Shown here piece after piece: positions 62,199-64,000 of a stretch of 64,000 bases of DNA. Within the stretch, counting starts at the first letter, position 1; every line of letters starts with the position of its first letter. The DNA comes from Vicinamibacterales bacterium (GTDB taxonomy: Bacteria; Acidobacteriota; Vicinamibacteria; Vicinamibacterales; CAVVIG01). The stretch is from the NCBI GenBank assembly GCA_035534615.1, contig DATLRO010000068.1:3432-67431 (forward strand), given 5' to 3'. The notes beneath the pieces are model-generated. The model was not told where the DNA came from and did no database searches. It was given only the letters and a program-made list of their open reading frames with translations. The position numbers and the translations under genes were made by a program.

Positions 62199-63023
62199 TC
62201 AGAAGGTGTGGCTCGTGGTCAGGAAGTAGCTGATCGGCACGAGATTCACCAGCACGATCACGAATCCGATGATGGAGAGCCAGGCGGTGCGCCGGCCGCT
62301 CCACCCCGACATGTGCAGCGCCACGACCTCGAACGAATAGACCGCCCAGCAGACCAGCGCGGCGAAGATCTTCGGATCGCCGAGCGACATCGCCTGCACG
62401 CGCGGGTCGGTCGGATCGATGATCCGCGCCTGCGCGGCCCAGATGGTCCCCACGATGATGCCGACCGTCAGGAAGATCCAGCCGACGACGACCGCGCGGC
62501 GGTTCATGACGTCGAGCACCTGCAGCGACGGCAGGCGCTCGTAGAAGACGCCCAGATGCTTGGCCTTGATTTCCTTGAACAGGAGCATGTACGTGACGCC
62601 GATCACGCACGCCAGCGCGAAGCTCGCGTAGGCGAACAGCAGCGACGACACGTGCACGCCGAACCACGGGCTGTGAAGGACCGCCGCCTGATCTTCGTGG
62701 CCCGGGTGCAGCGCCGGGATCGCCTGCATCACGACGATCAGCGGCAGGATGAACACGCCCATCGCCCGCTCGCCGGTGGTCACCTCGGTGTACAGGTAGG
62801 CGAGGGCCAGCAGCCAGACGAAGGTCGACACGGCCGGCGAGGCCCCCGCCACGGGAATGTGTCCGCTCGTGACGGTCTGCATCCCGATGATGAACGTGTG
62901 CGCCAGCGCCCCCGCCATCAGCAGCATCGTGGCGGCCCGGCCGGCGCCCGCCGAGCGGCGCGCGAAGTGGCGCCCGTAGGCCAGGGCGGCCGCCGCATAG
63001 AGCATCAGGGGGACGACATTCAT
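62199..63023 (-). CDS. CcsA-like cytochrome c assembly family membrane protein (HemX-type, upstream of hemA)
   Basis: Eight hydrophobic helices, degenerate Trp-rich region (GTIWAAQA..DPK). Its position upstream of hemA matches the Bacillus hemAXCDBL-type cluster. Confidence 0.8.
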   Translation of the reverse strand: MNVVPLMLYAAAALAYGRHFARRSAGAGRAATMLLMAGALAHTFIIGMQTVTSGHIPVAGASPAVSTFVWLLALAYLYTEVTTGERAMGVFILPLIVVMQAIPALHPGHEDQAAVLHSPWFGVHVSSLLFAYASFALACVIGVTYMLLFKEIKAKHLGVFYERLPSLQVLDVMNRRAVVVGWIFLTVGIIVGTIWAAQARIIDPTDPRVQAMSLGDPKIFAALVCWAVYSFEVVALHMSGWSGRRTAWLSIIGFVIVLVNLVPISYFLTTSHTF

Positions 63024-63052
63024 CCGATGGTCACCTCGAGCCGCGCCCGGCG

Positions 63053-64000
63053 CTACTTCGTCGGCGCATAGTAGCCCGGCTTGGTCCGGACGATGGCGTC
63101 GGGCCGATCCACCTGCACCACGATCCGCCGCCAGGCCCCGTCGCGGAGCGGGTTGCCGGACGTGTAGCCGAGACGGTACTGACTCGACAGTTCCGTCGCG
63201 ATCTGCTGGTAGACCGTGTTCAGGTCCTTCAGCTGCTCAGGGAAGAACGCCCGCCCGCCCGTCTGCGCCGCCAGCTGGCGCAGCACGTAGGTCGACTCGT
63301 CGTAGCCGCCCCGCGCGATCGTCAGGCCTTCCGGCGAGCGGAGTCCGATCGTGTAGATCGCCGTCTCCGATCGCTTCGCGAGATCGAGCGCCTCGTCGAA
63401 CGTCACCAGGCTCGACGTGTCGTCGCCGTCCGACAGCAGGATGATCGCCTGGCGCCGCACGTCGTTCGGGTGCTCCCGGATCACCTTCTTCAGCTCGTTC
63501 AGCGCGATGTAGACGGCGTTGTAGAGCGCCGTGGAGCCGCCCGCCGACGTCTGCAGAATCGCGCGATCGAGCACCTGCCGGTCGTCGGTGAACGGCGCCA
63601 GTATCTGCACGCGGCTGTCGAAATCGATGACTTCGGCCAGATCCTGCGGCCGGAGCTGCCTGACGAAGCCGATGGCGGCCTGCTGCGCCGTCGGCAGCTT
63701 CTCCTCCATGCTGGCGCTGGTGTCGAGCAGCAGCGCCAGCGCGACCGGCAGCTTCGTCGCGTCGAAGTAGGTCAGGTTCTGACGGACGCCGTCCTCGTAG
63801 ACCTGGAAGTCCTTCTCGCCCAGACCGGTGAGGTAATGTCCCGTCGGGTCGGTCACCGTGACGTTCAGCGAGACGACCTCGACGCCCGCCCGGAACGACG
63901 GCAGCTGCGAAGGCACCTGCCGGGCGCCCGCCTGCGCCTGGACGTCGCGCGGACCGGCGACCGCGAGCGCGCAGGCCGCCAGCAGGGCCGCGACCGCCGG
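63053..64000 (-). CDS. VWA domain protein (TIGR03436-like), N-terminus beyond window
   Basis: FRAGVEVVSLNVTVTD..G.Y..GL...DF.VYEDG..Q, MIDAS LLLDTSASM. The frame stays open to the window edge, where it encodes a signal-peptide-like AVAALLAACALAVA. Confidence 0.8.
   Translation of the reverse strand, partial: PAVAALLAACALAVAGPRDVQAQAGARQVPSQLPSFRAGVEVVSLNVTVTDPTGHYLTGLGEKDFQVYEDGVRQNLTYFDATKLPVALALLLDTSASMEEKLPTAQQAAIGFVRQLRPQDLAEVIDFDSRVQILAPFTDDRQVLDRAILQTSAGGSTALYNAVYIALNELKKVIREHPNDVRRQAIILLSDGDDTSSLVTFDEALDLAKRSETAIYTIGLRSPEGLTIARGGYDESTYVLRQLAAQTGGRAFFPEQLKDLNTVYQQIATELSSQYRLGYTSGNPLRDGAWRRIVVQVDRPDAIVRTKPGYYAPTK

Overview
This is a gene-dense, very GC-rich chromosomal segment (roughly 70% G+C by eye, not computed). 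I call about 60 protein genes and one tRNA. There are no rRNA genes, CRISPR arrays, transposases or integrases, and no obvious compositional island. The TIGR03436-like VWA protein at the right edge, together with the overall gene content, suggests an Acidobacteriota-like organism; this is a guess.

Most of the window is housekeeping synteny:
- tRNA(CAU)-tilS-ftsH-folP-cdaA-cdaR-glmM-pdxJ
- queE-queC
- a GldA/F/G-like ABC exporter operon with DUF4340 and PBP4
- a divergent pyrimidine regulon: pyrK-pyrD-pyrF on one strand and pyrR-pyrB-pyrC plus an extra PRTase on the other, with a PyrR-binding RNA motif in the leader
- pyrE-truA-uppS-cdsA-dxr-rseP
- a complete hemX-like-hemA-hemC-cobA/hemD-hemB-hemL cluster

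Stand-out observations:
1. A compact bacterial-microcompartment locus at 15355-18676. It encodes a class II aldolase with a C-terminal encapsulation-peptide-like helix, one BMC-H, three BMC-P, a 79-aa Cys-rich protein with an N-terminal encapsulation-peptide-like helix, and a D-2-hydroxyacid dehydrogenase. None of the canonical metabolosome or carboxysome core enzymes is present in the window.
2. An ArsC/Spx/YffB-family gene missed by the ORF track (20997-21332, minus strand). Its catalytic Cys codon is an in-frame TGA followed by a GGU-loop hairpin, so it is probably a selenoprotein.
3. A LysW-like zinc-ribbon protein with a ~32-residue poly-Asp/Glu tail, translationally coupled to a LarE-family PP-loop enzyme.
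4. AT-richer intergenic arrays of 7-8 nt tandem repeats arranged as long inverted repeats.

Many long ORFs in the supplied track are GC-driven antisense or off-frame artefacts and were not called.
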